Counted from the first letter of the stretch, positions 36,781 to 51,100 are shown. The stretch is DNA of 64,000 bases from Rhina ancylostomus (GCA_030265395.1 JARFYF010000029.1:12808494-12872493), one strand, 5' to 3'. Notes: generated by a model not told the origin, from the letters alone. Made by a program: numbers and translations.

Positions 36781-39700
36781 CTTCCTTCCACACTGCTCCC
36801 TGCACAATGACCTTCCCTTGTACTTTTTCATCTCAACAAAACCAGGAGCTGCAACCTGACCAGAGAGTGGAGAAAGACCAAGAGCAAACTGAAGCACAGC
36901 CACCAGATGTCTGGACACTGCAACAGAAGCTCAAACTCCCACCATCCAAGTTTAGGATACTGCTAACGTGTGTGGATTGCAGTAAGCAAAGCAGCTTTGG
37001 GGTCTTAGAGCAATGAACTGATCAACATCATTGCAAGCCTTGAAATACTGCTGCTATAAACAATTACTTGCCTGACTCCTCAGTGTAAACATCCATGAAG
37101 CTGTCCAAAATTGGTTGAGGGCTCACACTAAGTTAGTAATTCGCACATACCCGAGGAAACTCACCAAGTCACCCAGACTCTCTGCCCTGTGTTTTCCCTA
37201 CGTCAACAGTCAGATTGAAAAATAATCCCCAGTGTTTGGAGGATAAAACTTCTCAGACCATGTGAGGTTTATAACAGAAGGCTAATTTCCTGTTTGGGGA
37301 CACAGTGAGATTCATCCCTTGTAAGGGAGCGTGAAGCAGAAATCATGAGCTCACTAACCTTAATGATGAGGCAGTCTAGCAATGGAAACTTGGAATTGGC
37401 ATTGGCTCCCTTGTTTATACATTCAATGGGTATTTTCAAATGAGGGCACTGGCTGCCAATCTTTAGCTGTTAAGCAGAGTATACCTTCATCTTGCCCTAT
37501 AATGGTATAGTGCCAGCAAAATTAATGTTCTGTGACCATATTTCCAAGTCTGTGTCAGTGTCATCTGGAAAGTCCTAAGCAAGCACAAACTATTTATGTG
37601 TAAAATTCTGAGAAAATGGCCATATAACTGGCTTGGTGGGTGATTGCATATCCAACAGCTCCATCAAGCACAACCTGTTTATTTTGCAGTCTCTGCCTGT
37701 TAACTGCAGCAGGAGAAATCTCAGCTCCCAACTCACCATCCACTCAACTCTGCTCCGCCAGCCGCTCAGACTTACCGAAGCCACTGCATTGAATAGCAAT
37801 GATCAGAAGCAAAAAGACTGCTGGGCCTCTGTGCTCCCAACATTTCATGATAAGAGTAATTTAAGTATATTATAATGGTCTTAATGAATTTCAGCTGTAA
37901 TTAATTTGTTGTTAAGTGGCAGTTGTCAATAGTGCATTGAGAGGCCCTCAAAAAGGACAGACATAGTCCAGATTGAAATAGATGCCATTGTTTATGAAAT
38001 AGGTTAGAGAGAAGACACCTAAAAAAGAAATTCCTGATGACCAATGTTTTAATTTTAGTGCTGGCTCAGTTACGTTTCTGTTCAGTTAAGTGCAGCTTGT
38101 GGCAAAGATGTTGCTAAATCCCTGTTTCAGGTGCCATGCATAGCAGCCCCTGTAATCCTTGTTGGGGAATCGCTGAGTCTGGGTCTGACAAAGAGCTCAT
38201 GCCTGCTATTGTGTAACTTGCAGGCTGCTAGTGAAACCTCCACAGCTGCAAGGGACCCAGCTTGGCTTAGCTGTCTGTACTTAGGCAAGTAGAGTCTGCT
38301 GGCTTTGTCACTCTCCACCGACGATAGCGGGGAAAATCTTTTGGTGCCTGTAGCGATACTGAACACAGTTGGGGATCAGAGCCAGGCATTCATGCCTCAC
38401 CTCTTTTCATTGAAATAACTGATTAATTCAAGACTAAAGGTCTGCAGCCCTGAAGGGGAGGAGCGGGGATGGTTTTGGGGTGTGAAGGAGATAAAGAAAG
38501 ATGAAGTAATAGTCCTTCTGGCCTTGTTAATGCAGTTTCTCTGCTCACTGAGTGCCATCAACTCAGAGAATGTTGTGGCCCTGTTCTCCTTTATATTAAA
38601 ACTGGCAACGTTTTAGCAGACTTTGCTGAAACCGCTTTCTGAGTCATCCTTCCAGCCTCAGTTCCAAGCTGCCACTAAAAACCTTTGATCATACCAGGTT
38701 TGAAAATGCATCTTAACTGGTTAGATTAGACTGATGTTCTGTTTTCTGCGCTCCTGTTGATTTGTTGGACCTTTCTGGGCTGGGAAGCGAGTGGAGGTTT
38801 GATGAGGAAATGGGCTGCTAATATGGCTTGCCAGCCTAGAGTCATGCACAAATGGTGTGAAGAAACACACAGGTCTTGCCTTGTCAAACACAGCTACTCT
38901 TCCTTGTTTTCTATGATTCGGGAGAGATGTTGCAAAAAAAATGAAGTAGATAGTACATGCCCTTACAAATGATGAGTGAGAAATCAGTAGGATAATAAGT
39001 TTTTAATCATGGACAGCATTAGATGTAATGTATCACAGTTCACACCTGAGTACACCCTTCATACTTTATTATTCTGTTGTGAGAATAATAGTATTTCATT
39101 CATTTATAACTTTGCATTTTTGATTTTGAACCTTTATTTCATAGGGATTAATAACAATGGACTGAGAGTTTGATATAGAGGTGTCAGTCCTTTAATACTT
39201 GGTAATTAAGATTGTAGAATATGAACTGATTTCTGCACTGCAAACATTATTCCATTTGCATGGTTCATGTATCTGAGATGAGAACGTATGTAAGTTAAGT
39301 ACTTGATGTATCTGTCAATGAGGACGTAGTCTCGAGGGAAGTACAAGGTCACGCTGCGTTCAAGGTTCAATTCCTCCCACCATCATTCTCTCTCTTCCTA
39401 AGACAACCCATGAGATTTCTGCATGTTATGGTTTGGAAAATGTGATTAGATTTTGGCTGAAAACCTGGTGCTACTGAAGTTTAATAAAGAAAAACATGTC
39501 AGTGTGCAGTTATTACCTCTAATGCTATTCCTAATTTCCAAATTACCTTTGTTTCTACATTGTTTTCTCATTTTATATATGGCTGAAAGACTGTAAAATT
39601 GGTAGATTCCTTGGTCAGATGTGTGTGGTGTGATGCCTCTACTGAAGTTGTCCTGGAAAGCACCAGAATGTTTCTCCTAAGTCTGTTGTAACATATTGTG

Positions 39701-40298
39701 CANNNNNNNNNNNNNNNNNNNNNNNNNNNNNNNNNNNNNNNNNNNNNNNNNNNNNNNNNNNNNNNNNNNNNNNNNNNNNNNNNNNNNNNNNNNNNNNNNN
39801 NNNNNNNNNNNNNNNNNNNNNNNNNNNNNNNNNNNNNNNNNNNNNNNNNNNNNNNNNNNNNNNNNNNNNNNNNNNNNNNNNNNNNNNNNNNNNNNNNNNN
39901 NNNNNNNNNNNNNNNNNNNNNNNNNNNNNNNNNNNNNNNNNNNNNNNNNNNTCGCTGGTGCTGTAATAGCGTCACGCTAACCGCTACACTACCGTTATAC
40001 AGTAATTTTCTTTTTTAGCTGACTTACCATCAAATAAGTCTGCTACTCTGTCATTTAACTTTTATCTTAGAAGTTGGTATGATAATTGAGTTGATGACAA
40101 ATTGTAGATTTGTTGACAGAATTTTCTATCTGCTGTAAAGGAGGAAGTACAAGAGTATGTGAAGAGCCAACAATTTGGAATCCAATGGGACATAACTTGT
40201 ACAAGGTTATATTAGTGTCCCAATTAAAAGAAAATGGGCTTTTTCATCCATAATGCTTCTGTTTTCATTGCTGTAGAAATGTATTTTTCTTTCCCCAG

Positions 40299-40403
40299 CG
40301 ATGGTACAGCACCTCAATGAAAGTCATCTGTGTCTGGCTCACAGACCGAATGGACCTACAGCTCCATCTCTACCAGCTGAAGACGCTCATCAAAATAGTG
40401 AAG
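40299..40403 (+). CDS. CADPS2: CADPS2 penultimate coding exon
   Basis: Acceptor tttttctttccccag|, donor AAG|gtacat, 105 nt, phase 0/0. Translates [35 protein letters not shown] and continues the previous exon in frame. Not listed in the ORF track; read directly from the sequence. Confidence 0.96.
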
Positions 40404-40519
40404 GTACATCAGCTTCTTATCTACTTCTCATTAAGTCACTTGGCACCATGAAATGATCTGGTATGATAAAAGCAACCTTGAAATCCAAACCAAATGATTA
40501 ACATCAAAGTTAGGACCTT

Positions 40520-40830
40520 TACGAGGCTTCACAGGTGGATGCAGGTATGAGGTTTCCCCTAGCTGCTGTGAATAGAAACAGAGGTCACAGTCTCAAAATG
40601 AAGGGTCAGCCTTTCCTTATGAATATTAGGAATTCTTCCCTGTGTTGGCTCAGTCACTGAGCATATTCAAGCCAGAGATCAATAGATGTTTTGGATATTA
40701 AGGGAAGCAAGATTTATGGGGTTAATACAGAGGAGTGTTGCTGAGGTAAAAGATCGGCCGTGATCTCATTGAATGGTCTCGCAGGCACAAGGGACTGAAT
40801 GGCCTCCTCCCTTTCTATTTCTTATGATCT
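40520..40830 (+). mobile_element. CR1-like 3' end
   Basis: agaggtcacagtctcaaaat, aattcttcc and gactgaatggcctcct..tttctatttcttatg, a CR1 tail. Confidence 0.65.
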
Positions 40831-43800
40831 TGTGCTCTGTTGCTCTAATAATGGGACTGTAACTTTCTAATGTCAGTTGGACTTGTTCAATAGTGCCATA
40901 GCAACTGATGTTGAATGTAAAATCATGTGGCAAACTTACACAAAAAATACTCTATCTCCATGGGAGACATGGCCATAAGCATCCATGTTGTTTGTGAAGA
41001 GAGGCAATGGTTATTTTTATCTCAGCAACATCACATGCAGTAACTTATTTCAACAAACTTGACACTCTCATATTGCATGCTTTCAAATGGAGAAAAGATT
41101 TGTCAAACAATTTTTTTAAAAAAGGAAGGTAATGGCAATTCAAAACAGGAATGTAAAGAATCAGTAATAATCACAACTGAAGTCACAATCAGATCTGCAT
41201 TTGCTTACTGTGCTGCAAATGTCATAGACTGCACCATGTCTTCATAATTAAGTTACAGTTCTATGGTTTTGCAGAGGTATTGTCATTTAATTGCATATAA
41301 GAATTTCAAACTGAGGGCATTGAAACATCCGTGGGGAAATAGGTGAGTCATTACTATTGGCAACTCAGTTCATCGGAAGATTTTAGTAACATTATAGTTG
41401 AGTGATAAATGAAAAATATATACTAAAATGTCAGGGGTTATGCAAGCCTTCCACAATAAATGAGCATCTGTGATCTATTAAATTCACTGGGTGGAAAACA
41501 TACTTCAGAGAAAGTTTGATCCATTAAATAAATTCATAATGTCCCCTATGTTACTAATTATACCTGTAAGGGGTACTGTCAGTGAAGTTTTCAAGAGTCT
41601 AGAAGGCACAATTTGTCTATCATAGATATGCCCAGCTTGGAGGCATGCACAGCAATTCTATTTATTTTGAAAGTTTGTGATTATTAAACTAAGAATACTA
41701 GTCTTGGGCAATTCGTACAGTCTTTATATACAAAAATACTTTCCCCCTCTGGAAACTTGGTCTGTTTTTCAATACCCTTCCACCTTTTTTCAAATCCAAT
41801 CTAGAATGTGTTGCAATTAATTATTGATGTTATTTTCCAATAAACATTCAGCCTTATTTTACCCTCTTCACATGGGTCTTCTTGTTTGACAAAATGTACT
41901 TCTTCCAATCTTTGGACCATGGCATGCAACCTCTCCAACCGTCGGAACAGTCGGTTACTCTCACCAGAAACCAATACCTCTGCGATGCATTGCGACCTCT
42001 CTTCCTCATCCCCATTAGCCCATTCTCACCACCTACCCAGCTACCATCCTACCTCCTCTCCTCTCCCAACTGAAGCACCGGACACACCTTGTGCAATGCC
42101 ATAGGTGGGCAACAAAAATTTCCGATGAGAATATTCACTGGTCGACTTTTGAAAGCTCCATTTTACCCTTCCTGTCAGTTTAAATGGGGCAAATGGGTCT
42201 GGAAATGGCAGGGATGTTTTTGATAATAAAGAAATACACAGGAACTACTGATACACAAGCCACACTTTTGAAACACAGGTACCACCATCTTGGAGACAGC
42301 ACTTACATGTGATGTCATTCTATCCAACTATATATTCTCGTCTGCATTCAATGAATTGGATTTAAACTGCAAAGCTGTGCCAAATTGGTATGCATCCTAA
42401 ATATTTTAAGTGTCCTAAAAATTAAAAAAAGTGCAGAAGTCTGTAGGAAAAGGATCACAGTAACCATTTAAATTTGGAGACCCTGATGGAAAGTTCCACA
42501 GACGCTGCCTGACATGATGAATGTTTCCAACATTTTCTGTTTTAGTGCTAATTGTGCCGTCTGGAAGCTCATTTAACTCACTGCATGTTTTCTATACCAA
42601 AGAGGTTGTAGTGGGTACTTACGAGGTTATTGTTTTTGATCAGCTCAATTAACGGGCCTTTAACAATCTGATTATTTTCTTTCCTGGAATCCAGTTCTTT
42701 GTTCAAAATGTGTGTCTACAGATGCATTTTAACCATTCAGCGCATGACGGCGGATTAGACATCATTAAGATCAATGCCAGGTTCCTCGACTTTAAAATCC
42801 AATTTGGATGGCCAACACCTACATTTTATTTTGCTCTCACCTTGATCAAACCACTCCATGTCCCCCAAAAGCACACAGAACCACAGATGTCAAGAAGTGT
42901 TAATAACTTCACGTTTAAAAGGCACTTGGCCAGGTACATGGATCGGCAAGGTTCCGAGTGATATGGGACGAGCTTAGTTGGGAATCTTGGTCGGCATGGA
43001 GCAGTTGGGCCGAAGGGCCTCTTTCCGTGCTGCGTGACTCTATGTCAGCCCCTGGAGTGAGTGTCATTAGGTCATTCACAAAGCCTCATAGCTCAGCTTG
43101 GGGTCAATGCCCTTTCATGTTTATCTTGCACTAAGGATACCTGCACGGCAGTTACAGGCAGGAACGCTCATTTATTGTTTGCAGTACCACCGTCCCATTG
43201 CACTCAGATCATCAGCACTGTCAACCTGGGATGAGATATGTGTGCGGTGGATGGTCGGCATGAACTCAGTAGGCCGAGGGGACAGTTTCCCTGCTGTATC
43301 TCTCTATGTGATTACTTCCCACACAACCCATTGCGTTTGCCTGCTCTCTGACCTGCAAATGTACTTCTCTGTGTTGATGTTGAGCTGCTTTGTGAAACGG
43401 CCCCATTCTTGCTGCCCAGGACCATCTGTGGGACGGTGGCAGTGAGTTCACACCAAGTGCTGGCAGGATTAGGCTCAGATGCGACGGCCTCAGCGGCGCA
43501 AACTCCTACTGACTCTGTTGCTTCCCACACCTGAGGAACGGTCAGTTGGACAGGGTAAAGCGACCTGTGGTCTCCGTTTCCAGGGCTTCTTCACGACTAG
43601 GGACAGGCGCTTTCGGAATAGAGGAAACTCAAGTAACCAATGTGTGCATAACAAGCTCCGGAGAAAAGCAGAGGGTGATACTGGTTGAAGGGGGAATATT
43701 GATCAAGATGCCTGGGAGGACATCCAGTTAGTGCTCCGGGATTTTTACATCCGTTTTTATGGGGCAATTTTAATTCACACCCGAAAGCAAGCATATCCTA

Positions 43801-44052
43801 CTATGCAACTCTCTCCCTCTCTCTCTCACACACACAACCTGCGTGGGTTTCGTAAAAAAAATCCAATTCACTTTCAAAATACTCGTAGTGCCCAACAGAT
43901 ATGTGATCTTGACAATATTTGCTTTGCGTAGTCTAGTCGAAACTCGGGTCCACTGTCTTCAAATCGATCGTGTTAGCTTTGCATGTCCGGCAACTAAGTT
44001 CTGAAACATCAAATCCCAACATGACATCTGAAAGTATCTTTCCTTGCTTTAG

Positions 44053-44232
44053 AAATCGTACAGAGACTTTAGACTGCAGGGAGTCCTGGAGGGGACACTG
44101 AACTGTAAAACGTATGAAACGGTTCACACGCGGCTGACGGTGGAAGAAGCCACGGCCTCGGTGTCGGAGAGCGGAGGGCTCCAGGGCATCACCATGAAAG
44201 ACAGCGACGAAGAGACCGAGGATGTAAAATAA
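44053..44232 (+). CDS. CADPS2: CADPS2 terminal coding exon including stop codon
   Basis: Acceptor ctttccttgctttag|. Translates [59 protein letters not shown], with TAA at 44230-44232. VLEGTLN and GITMKD are CAPS2-type. Confidence 0.96.
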   Translation, partial: KSYRDFRLQGVLEGTLNCKTYETVHTRLTVEEATASVSESGGLQGITMKDSDEETEDVK

Positions 44233-45150
44233 AAGGGGGGGGGGGGGAAGGCCTCGTTATTTTCCAGCCATTGTTTGTACCATTTCTTCAGAGGTGATCA
44301 GCATCATTCAAGTGTAATGAAGTCGTCCAACTTTAGAACATAGCCGTAGAGCGGGGGAGGAGTGGGGAGGAAAGGAGAGGCACAGTTGTGTTTGAACTCG
44401 GTGCTACACCGTGGCCAGAATGCCCCTCTGCTCCCGTACCAGGCAACGGCAGCACCTTGTGAATCTCTCTCAAGCATCATAAGGGACTGTTCGCTCCTGA
44501 GAAGGGAGGGGGAGCAAAGGAGATTGGGATCTGACTTTTCCAGGCAAATAAAACAACAATGGTGTCAGCGGTCCCTAATGTTTGGAAAAGATCCCCACAG
44601 CCCAGGTATCAAGAAAACGTGGCATACGAACCGTGTACCCATTCTCGGTCTCCGTCCTTTGGCAGTGAAGTGTGCGGGGCTATTCGTTATCTGTGCTGTT
44701 GTGGTCTTAATTGGTGAGATAAAGCGGCGTGGTAGAATAAAACAGCCGTGTCATATTGAGATGTCTTTCATGTTGCGGGCATCTTTGTAAATATAGTAAC
44801 GCCTGTAGAATTCCTGTTCGATCATACGTGCGAGCATCTGTGTGTTTCGAGATGCCTCTTTCCACCTTCCCCCATCCCGTTAGCCTGGCTGCACCGTACT
44901 TCCCTTATCACAGATCTGCTGAGCATCCCAGAGGATCTGCACCCGCCCGCGGGAGGCTGACAAAATGCCCAGAATGGTGGAGTGTTTAATCTGAATCAGC
45001 ATTGCGAGTGTGGGTGAAAGTTTTCCCAACGTGTTAGCAAGTCACGAATGTTTGCAACATTCCGAAGCACTGAACGATGGCAAAAATATACCTTCAATAT
45101 TCGTTTATATTGAGGCTTTAATTGTAATAAACTCGTCTGTATTTCCAATT
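44233..45150 (+). other. CADPS2: CADPS2 3'UTR (end approximate)
   Basis: Follows the stop codon, is repeat-free, and ends at an AATAAA with downstream U/GU-rich sequence. Confidence 0.6.
45126..45131 (+). terminator. Probable polyadenylation signal of CADPS2
   Basis: AATAAA preceded by TGTA and U-rich sequence, followed by tttatatttatttggctgtcttgcttctgctgtg (U/GU-rich). Other AATAAA hexamers at 44228, ~44547 and 44736 are alternatives. Confidence 0.6.
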
Positions 45151-48100
45151 TATATTTATTTGGCTGTCTTGCTTCTGCTGTGAGCTTGTAGGTTTGGGGT
45201 TAAAGTGTAATTTTATAATTTTTTTCTCTCACACAAAAATCACTCTTTTAAAAAAAGTCTAAAAAATAGTGTCTTTAGGTGTCTACAGACACAGGAGGAA
45301 TCCACAATTTACAACAGCACGATGAAATGATCTGATTTTTATTTGGCACGATAGCGATTAAAGGGTCGACAATCTTGTTTGTGGATGACTTTGTTGACAG
45401 TGCGGGTAAATAGGTTTCTAATCCAAAACGTAAATATTAGTCAGCATTTGTACCGTGAAGGAGAGCGACATTCGCTTTCCCTCGACATTTAGCTGAGCGC
45501 TTTGGTGCCGTGTACCTGAATTCGCACCGTGTTCACATTTACCGACTGAAAGCAAAATCCGTTTGATCCAGCAGCCAGCGAGCGGAATGAAATAATGGCT
45601 GACACTTCCCGAACTGCAGCTGTGCTGTGACTGGTTATTTCAACTGAGCACAATGTGTACAAGCTCACATTAAATACAACACTCGTGAAAATACGCACAT
45701 TCTGGGCGAGTTCGATTCGAGCTTTAAACACATCTCGGGATCCCGTCAACTTCCTCTGGAGCTGCTACACACGTTTGTCTGATTCCAGTTCATACCGCAA
45801 ATTCCCTTCAGTAAAGGATATGATCAGATAGTCTGTGCGTTTGGTCGGGGGCCGTAAATTCACCATTAAAAAATACGTGAATATGTTTCCTAAAATATTG
45901 TGAAAATAGTCCATTATTGCTCTTTCAAATGCCAGTCAACAGCCATATATTAACATCTAACGTTTCGTTGCAAGGTGCTGTCAGAACCTCATTGGATCTC
46001 ACTGTGGAGAAAAGATTGAACTAAAATCGTTCGTTATTGTTAATGTTTTATAAACCCATTTTAGGGAGAGTCACACATAACCCCGTTGACTGATGTTTAA
46101 GCACAACTCACTCATTTCCTTGGCTCCTACGTGAGCAGAGTAGCAGCAAATACTTACGTTACCCATGGGCCCTGATCTAATTTTGATCGAAATATAATTG
46201 CGAAATGATGTTTAATTTCAATCACTTTAGCCTTTGTTGGACGCACCGTGGGCAAACATAGTTACAGAAACAAAAAAAATGGTTGCTTTAAGAGCAACTT
46301 AGGCAATACGATGTTGGTCTGTTTAAGTTGACGAACCAATGTTTTATTGAATGTAGGAAAACTGCGGCTAAGGTATTTATGATATAGATTACAACCAGAG
46401 ACCCGATCTAATCGTGGATATCCTGTTTCTGTGCAGTTTTCAGAAGTCTTTTCAATCGCCACATTTGCTGATCGGTTCTGTTGAACTTGCACTGATGGCT
46501 GAGAACAGATGGAAAGGAAACTGCACCAACACCCTCCATATATGTCAATAACCTGCTTACTCTTAATGCCGCAAATATGAATTGCCCATACAGTACATCG
46601 AATTTTAATTTTAAACCATATCGTCGAAGCTTATGGTTTACAACTTTGAATAATGTGAAGTATGTATTTCTGATCGCCGCCCCGTTTTAATCATCAATGG
46701 TTATTCGTTGTGTTGTTGACTTTTGGGTAAATGAAAAGTTCGTTGCTGAACTTACAAAACCGAGAGACAATTCGACCTAACGGATCTGTACCGGTACTGT
46801 ATTTATCCTCCACGGAAGCCTCTTCCTTCTCCTACCCCAGCTGACTGGTCTCCTATTCCATCATCCCTTTTGGATCCCTTTTGGTTCGTCTCGTTTTCCT
46901 TTAATTTCCCTGTTATTTGCCTCAACTCGCCTTTGTGTTAAGGAGTTATTAACAGCAACGCGGCAGGTTGATGGCCGCTAATGATCCGATCTCTGAATGA
47001 AGTTCTCACCAAGTGTATATGCCCTTGATTCGGGTTATAATGTAAAAGAGGCAGTGCATTTTAAAAAAATATCGCCATTTGGATGATTTCCGATGCTGTT
47101 GTAATCTGGTTTATGAAAGTTCCTACAAGTTGAGCAGTTGAATTTGATGTTGGTGAATAAACAGTCCTTGGTGATACACGTGTGGTAAAGGTGATCATTA
47201 CCTGACAATTCTCCCTTCCTGTCAGAAATGACCAGCCATTTAGAATCCACACATGTTCATGCAAAGGAGTGTGTATCTTCACTTGGCTCCTCCGTGTGAT
47301 ATTTTAAGTGTAATGGGATCAAAAAGAAACAATAGCGGCAATTGTGATGGGTAAAAGCCTCTGCGAGCGCTTCACACTGAGTGCCCAGTAACATCAGAAA
47401 AAATAGGAGATTGACCCAGAGCTCGAGGCTGCTCTGCGGATCATATATTTAAAAAAAACAAAAATTAGTTTAAATTAGGGAAGTATGCAGGTAATAGTTT
47501 CCGGAATTAAAATTTTGCAGAGACCACAACTGGTTTTGTGCAAAACAGGAAGGCCGAATTGCAGAAGTACTGCGCCGACAGAGTTCCAAATCGGAGTTGA
47601 TTAGTTCAAAATGGAGAAATTTAGTAAGGGCACAGAGGCAGCCCTCTCTGGAAACAAAAAAAAAGTTCATCATGAACAGAACGGTGCAGACTGAATCATT
47701 TTTATTAAGTCATTATTTCTGCACAATTCCCGTTCCAATATGTTCGTGGTCCAAAACTGGCTCTTGCCTCAGGTTTATGACATTTTGCCAAATTAAATTC
47801 AGGTAAATGCTTCTGCTTCGTCATCTTATTGGTATAAAGTTACAAAACACGCAAGTAGGCGACCCTTTTTTTTAACAAATGCATCGGACTAGTTTATAAT
47901 ATTTTATGAACAATTGCAGTCCTTTTATTGTGATTAGTCGATTTACCTCAGCTGAACTGTCCTATATGGGAATAATTTTGAGGAGTAAAATTACGAGGAA
48001 TGCAACGACGGTGTTGATGTCAGAAGAAGTCATTTCATGCTCGGATTCTAATTCCGTACAAACAAATCACTGTAAAGAATCTTATCGCAGAAACTCGAGT

Positions 48101-51100
48101 TACTTGTACATCTACTAACCGATTTTGCAACATTAGTACAGTTAGTTCTTTCCTTTCGATGGACTGCAATGGTGAAAGTTGGTGTCTCTTTGAGAGGAAG
48201 AGGAGGAAGGATGTATTTGTTTCAATGCAGTCCCTCTCTCTCAAAAAAAAGGGCAAAATGCCTTCAAACACAGCAATTGTAAATGTCCCGAGGTAGAAAA
48301 CTGTATACATGCAGCCTTTTAACAGACCTTGAAACGGCGCCACATAGTACAACTTGGAATGGCGCTGCAAGTAATGTACAACACAATGATGCCAGTGCAG
48401 TACCCATCAGTAAGTATATTCTTTTGTCAGTGCTTTGTAATTGAAGTGTTTCCAGTTCAACTGCATTGTCAGCTTTAAAAAATGCCCTAGTACACTAATG
48501 GGCTATCCATAGATACAGAAACTGGGGCAGAAAAGTTGTCAGATATAAGGTATTATTGATGTTGGCGATGTTTCTGATGCGGATGTAATTGCGCTCTTTC
48601 TCGACAGCCATCCACAATATATAACATTTTGGTGATTCAGACTCTTATTTGTTTTCTTCTGCTGCGGCGTCGTACTGTGAGACACCGTCAACGATCCCTT
48701 GTCAGACTTCATATCAAAGCCCACTTTTCTCGTCTACATTCTTCGAGAAAAGTAACCGATAATGTGCCGAGTGCATGTGATAGCTCTTCATATGTTTAAT
48801 TGTTAACAAGGAGAAGTAGCAGATGAACGTCTTGTTAACTCCACATTAAGAGATCAGACATAATAGCGTTTTAATGCAAGAGGATCCTGGTCCACCAATT
48901 TGATTGTGTTGTATTCACAGCACGTTACCCAGAGAAATGGTGTTTGGCTGGGTGTAAATACGTGTTCAATTTAGTGGTAAATGGATTGCTGAAGCGCTAC
49001 ATTGAAGGGAATGGTCTGAGAAGTTTTAGAGTCATTGTTGAAATCGACCTAGACAAAACGTACATTAAAATAAACGGGCGCAAAGATATTCTAATATTAT
49101 GAGAAGATCACGCTTAATAAAATTTTTCGTTATTATTTCATTATTACCCTCCTTAATTTGCAATCCTCGTTTATTTTCCATAATTAAGTCGCTAATTTGA
49201 GAACGTGATGTCTTGACATATGCCTTTAATATAAGTGATTGTCAGTATATCCGCCCACACGTCAAACCAGTCCTTTCAGGCTCGTGTATGTCTCACTAAA
49301 ACTAAGGTCATTTAACTTTATCAAACACAAAGCAATTGTAGAATGAAAATAGGAAATGCTGGAAATGCAGGTCACGTTGATATTTCCAGTATTTTCCCTT
49401 CAGGCGGAACACTGCGGATGTTGGAGATTTGAAGTCCGTGTATTTGATGTTGTAGAATTTATAAGGGGTACTGTGCTTTATGTTCACCACTGACGCAAAT
49501 GCGCCTAAAAATCATCCCACGAGAAACATAGCTATCATTTATTCAGTGCGGTCTTGGTTTAGCTGAGCAGAGGAGGAATCGAAGAGAAATCTGCACCACC
49601 CGTGGTGCGCAATATGCAAAGAATGCAAGAAACAAGTAGCCCGTAGCTCCTCCAACCACACAGCGCCTTTTAACTACACCCCTCGCCCCTTGTGGGTCGT
49701 TTTAACTGACCGCGTCTAACAGCGATGAATCCATGAGAAATTATCATGGTTCTAGTTAAAACGGACGCTGAAAACTTTTTAAATACATTTATGAATTTTT
49801 TAATGAAATATATTTTCCACCCATTTTTCTCGCTACTGAGTTTGATTCAATCAGAACATTCCGAAGCCCTTGTTTTGTGAATCGTTCAAGCTTGCTTTAC
49901 TGCAGACTGAATTCATCGTTTTTTTTTATTTAGCAGCACTAATTAAACTCTGTCTTCTCTTGCACACCGTGCCTGGGTTGGACATTTTTGCAATACTGAA
50001 GTCAACCAATTTTAGGCGTTTTCTTGTTGCTTCCTCTCCAAATGATGGTACCTCACGCGTTAATTGGACATTCAAACAAAACCACCGTGAAGTTGCTCCG
50101 CGGTCCAAAGTGGACATCAGAAAACCTTTGTTGGAGTTTTTCTTTGACACACCGTGGGACGCGCTTCAGTCAGGATAAAACGGAATACTTGTTTAAATGC
50201 AAAATAAGTGATATCAAATTGTTACCCTCTCGTGTGTAATTATTTGCCCTTTTAAACAATTGTTGAGGCTTGCATTATCTAATTCTGTCAAAAAAGGACA
50301 CTTCTGCATTGCAGAAGATAAAGGGCGTAAATTAATGCAAGGGATTGAGTTTTTTCCCAAAATTATATTGAAATTTGCACGAAACACATTATCACAACAG
50401 TATTATTCAGTTATGCATTTTGTACAACACTTTAGACGGGAGCAAGACGTTCTTCTGAGTTGCTTGGAGATTTCTGTCGCTGTGTGCTGGTTGACCAATT
50501 TATGTGGAGTTTTACCCTGTCTGTGTCGTCCTTTTATTTTCAAACCCCAGTGTTAAACACAGCCAAATGAAATTCGAACGCGCCGGGTGGGGGGGGGGAA
50601 GGAGAAAAAAGTTATTTCATAAATTAAATATGCATTGCACCCTCAAAACAAACGAAATTCAATGAAAACAGTGATGCAACATTTGTGAAAACGCGACAGA
50701 AACAATTACACATAAGCTGTTTTTGCAGCTGAAATGTGGTAACGGGCTTTAATTAAGGATTGTTCGTTTTGTTAATAAGCGTTTCTGGTCCTGTTAAAGT
50801 TGCCAGGTGTTAGCGATAGACTGTCAGCGACGTTGAACGCGTGTGAAAGGTACAGAGGCCGGAAGAAGTAACGTATAATAAGAATTGAGCTGGCCAGGAG
50901 GTTGAGGCTGATTGTGCCTGGTCTTGGTTTAAAATCGCTGTTTAGAATATAACACACATTATTCCGATTATAATCAAGGCGTTGAAAGATCACGTTGGAA
51001 ATCTAGTTTTTTTTCTCCGCGTGGAATTCCCACAGATTTCTGCAATTTAGAGGCCATCTGTTTTCAGACGTGTGCGTGACATCACACTGAATAAACGAGG

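Noticed and set aside
36393-37016. 207-aa ORF
   Set aside because: Off-frame read-through of a Tx1 fragment and a Penelope-like terminus; no coherent protein.
39320-39385. tRNA-like sequence (ggttcaattcc)
   Set aside because: No cloverleaf; more likely a decayed SINE head. The tRNA-like heads of the listed SINEs are likewise not tRNA genes.
44362-44989. ORFs of 142 and 77 aa after the CADPS2 stop
   Set aside because: They lie in the 3'UTR, have non-ATG starts and resemble no known protein.
49926-50150. Minus-strand ORF containing FSIAKM, superficially like the FEZF eh1 motif
   Set aside because: Wrong strand for the expected FEZF1, no surrounding similarity, and no zinc fingers.
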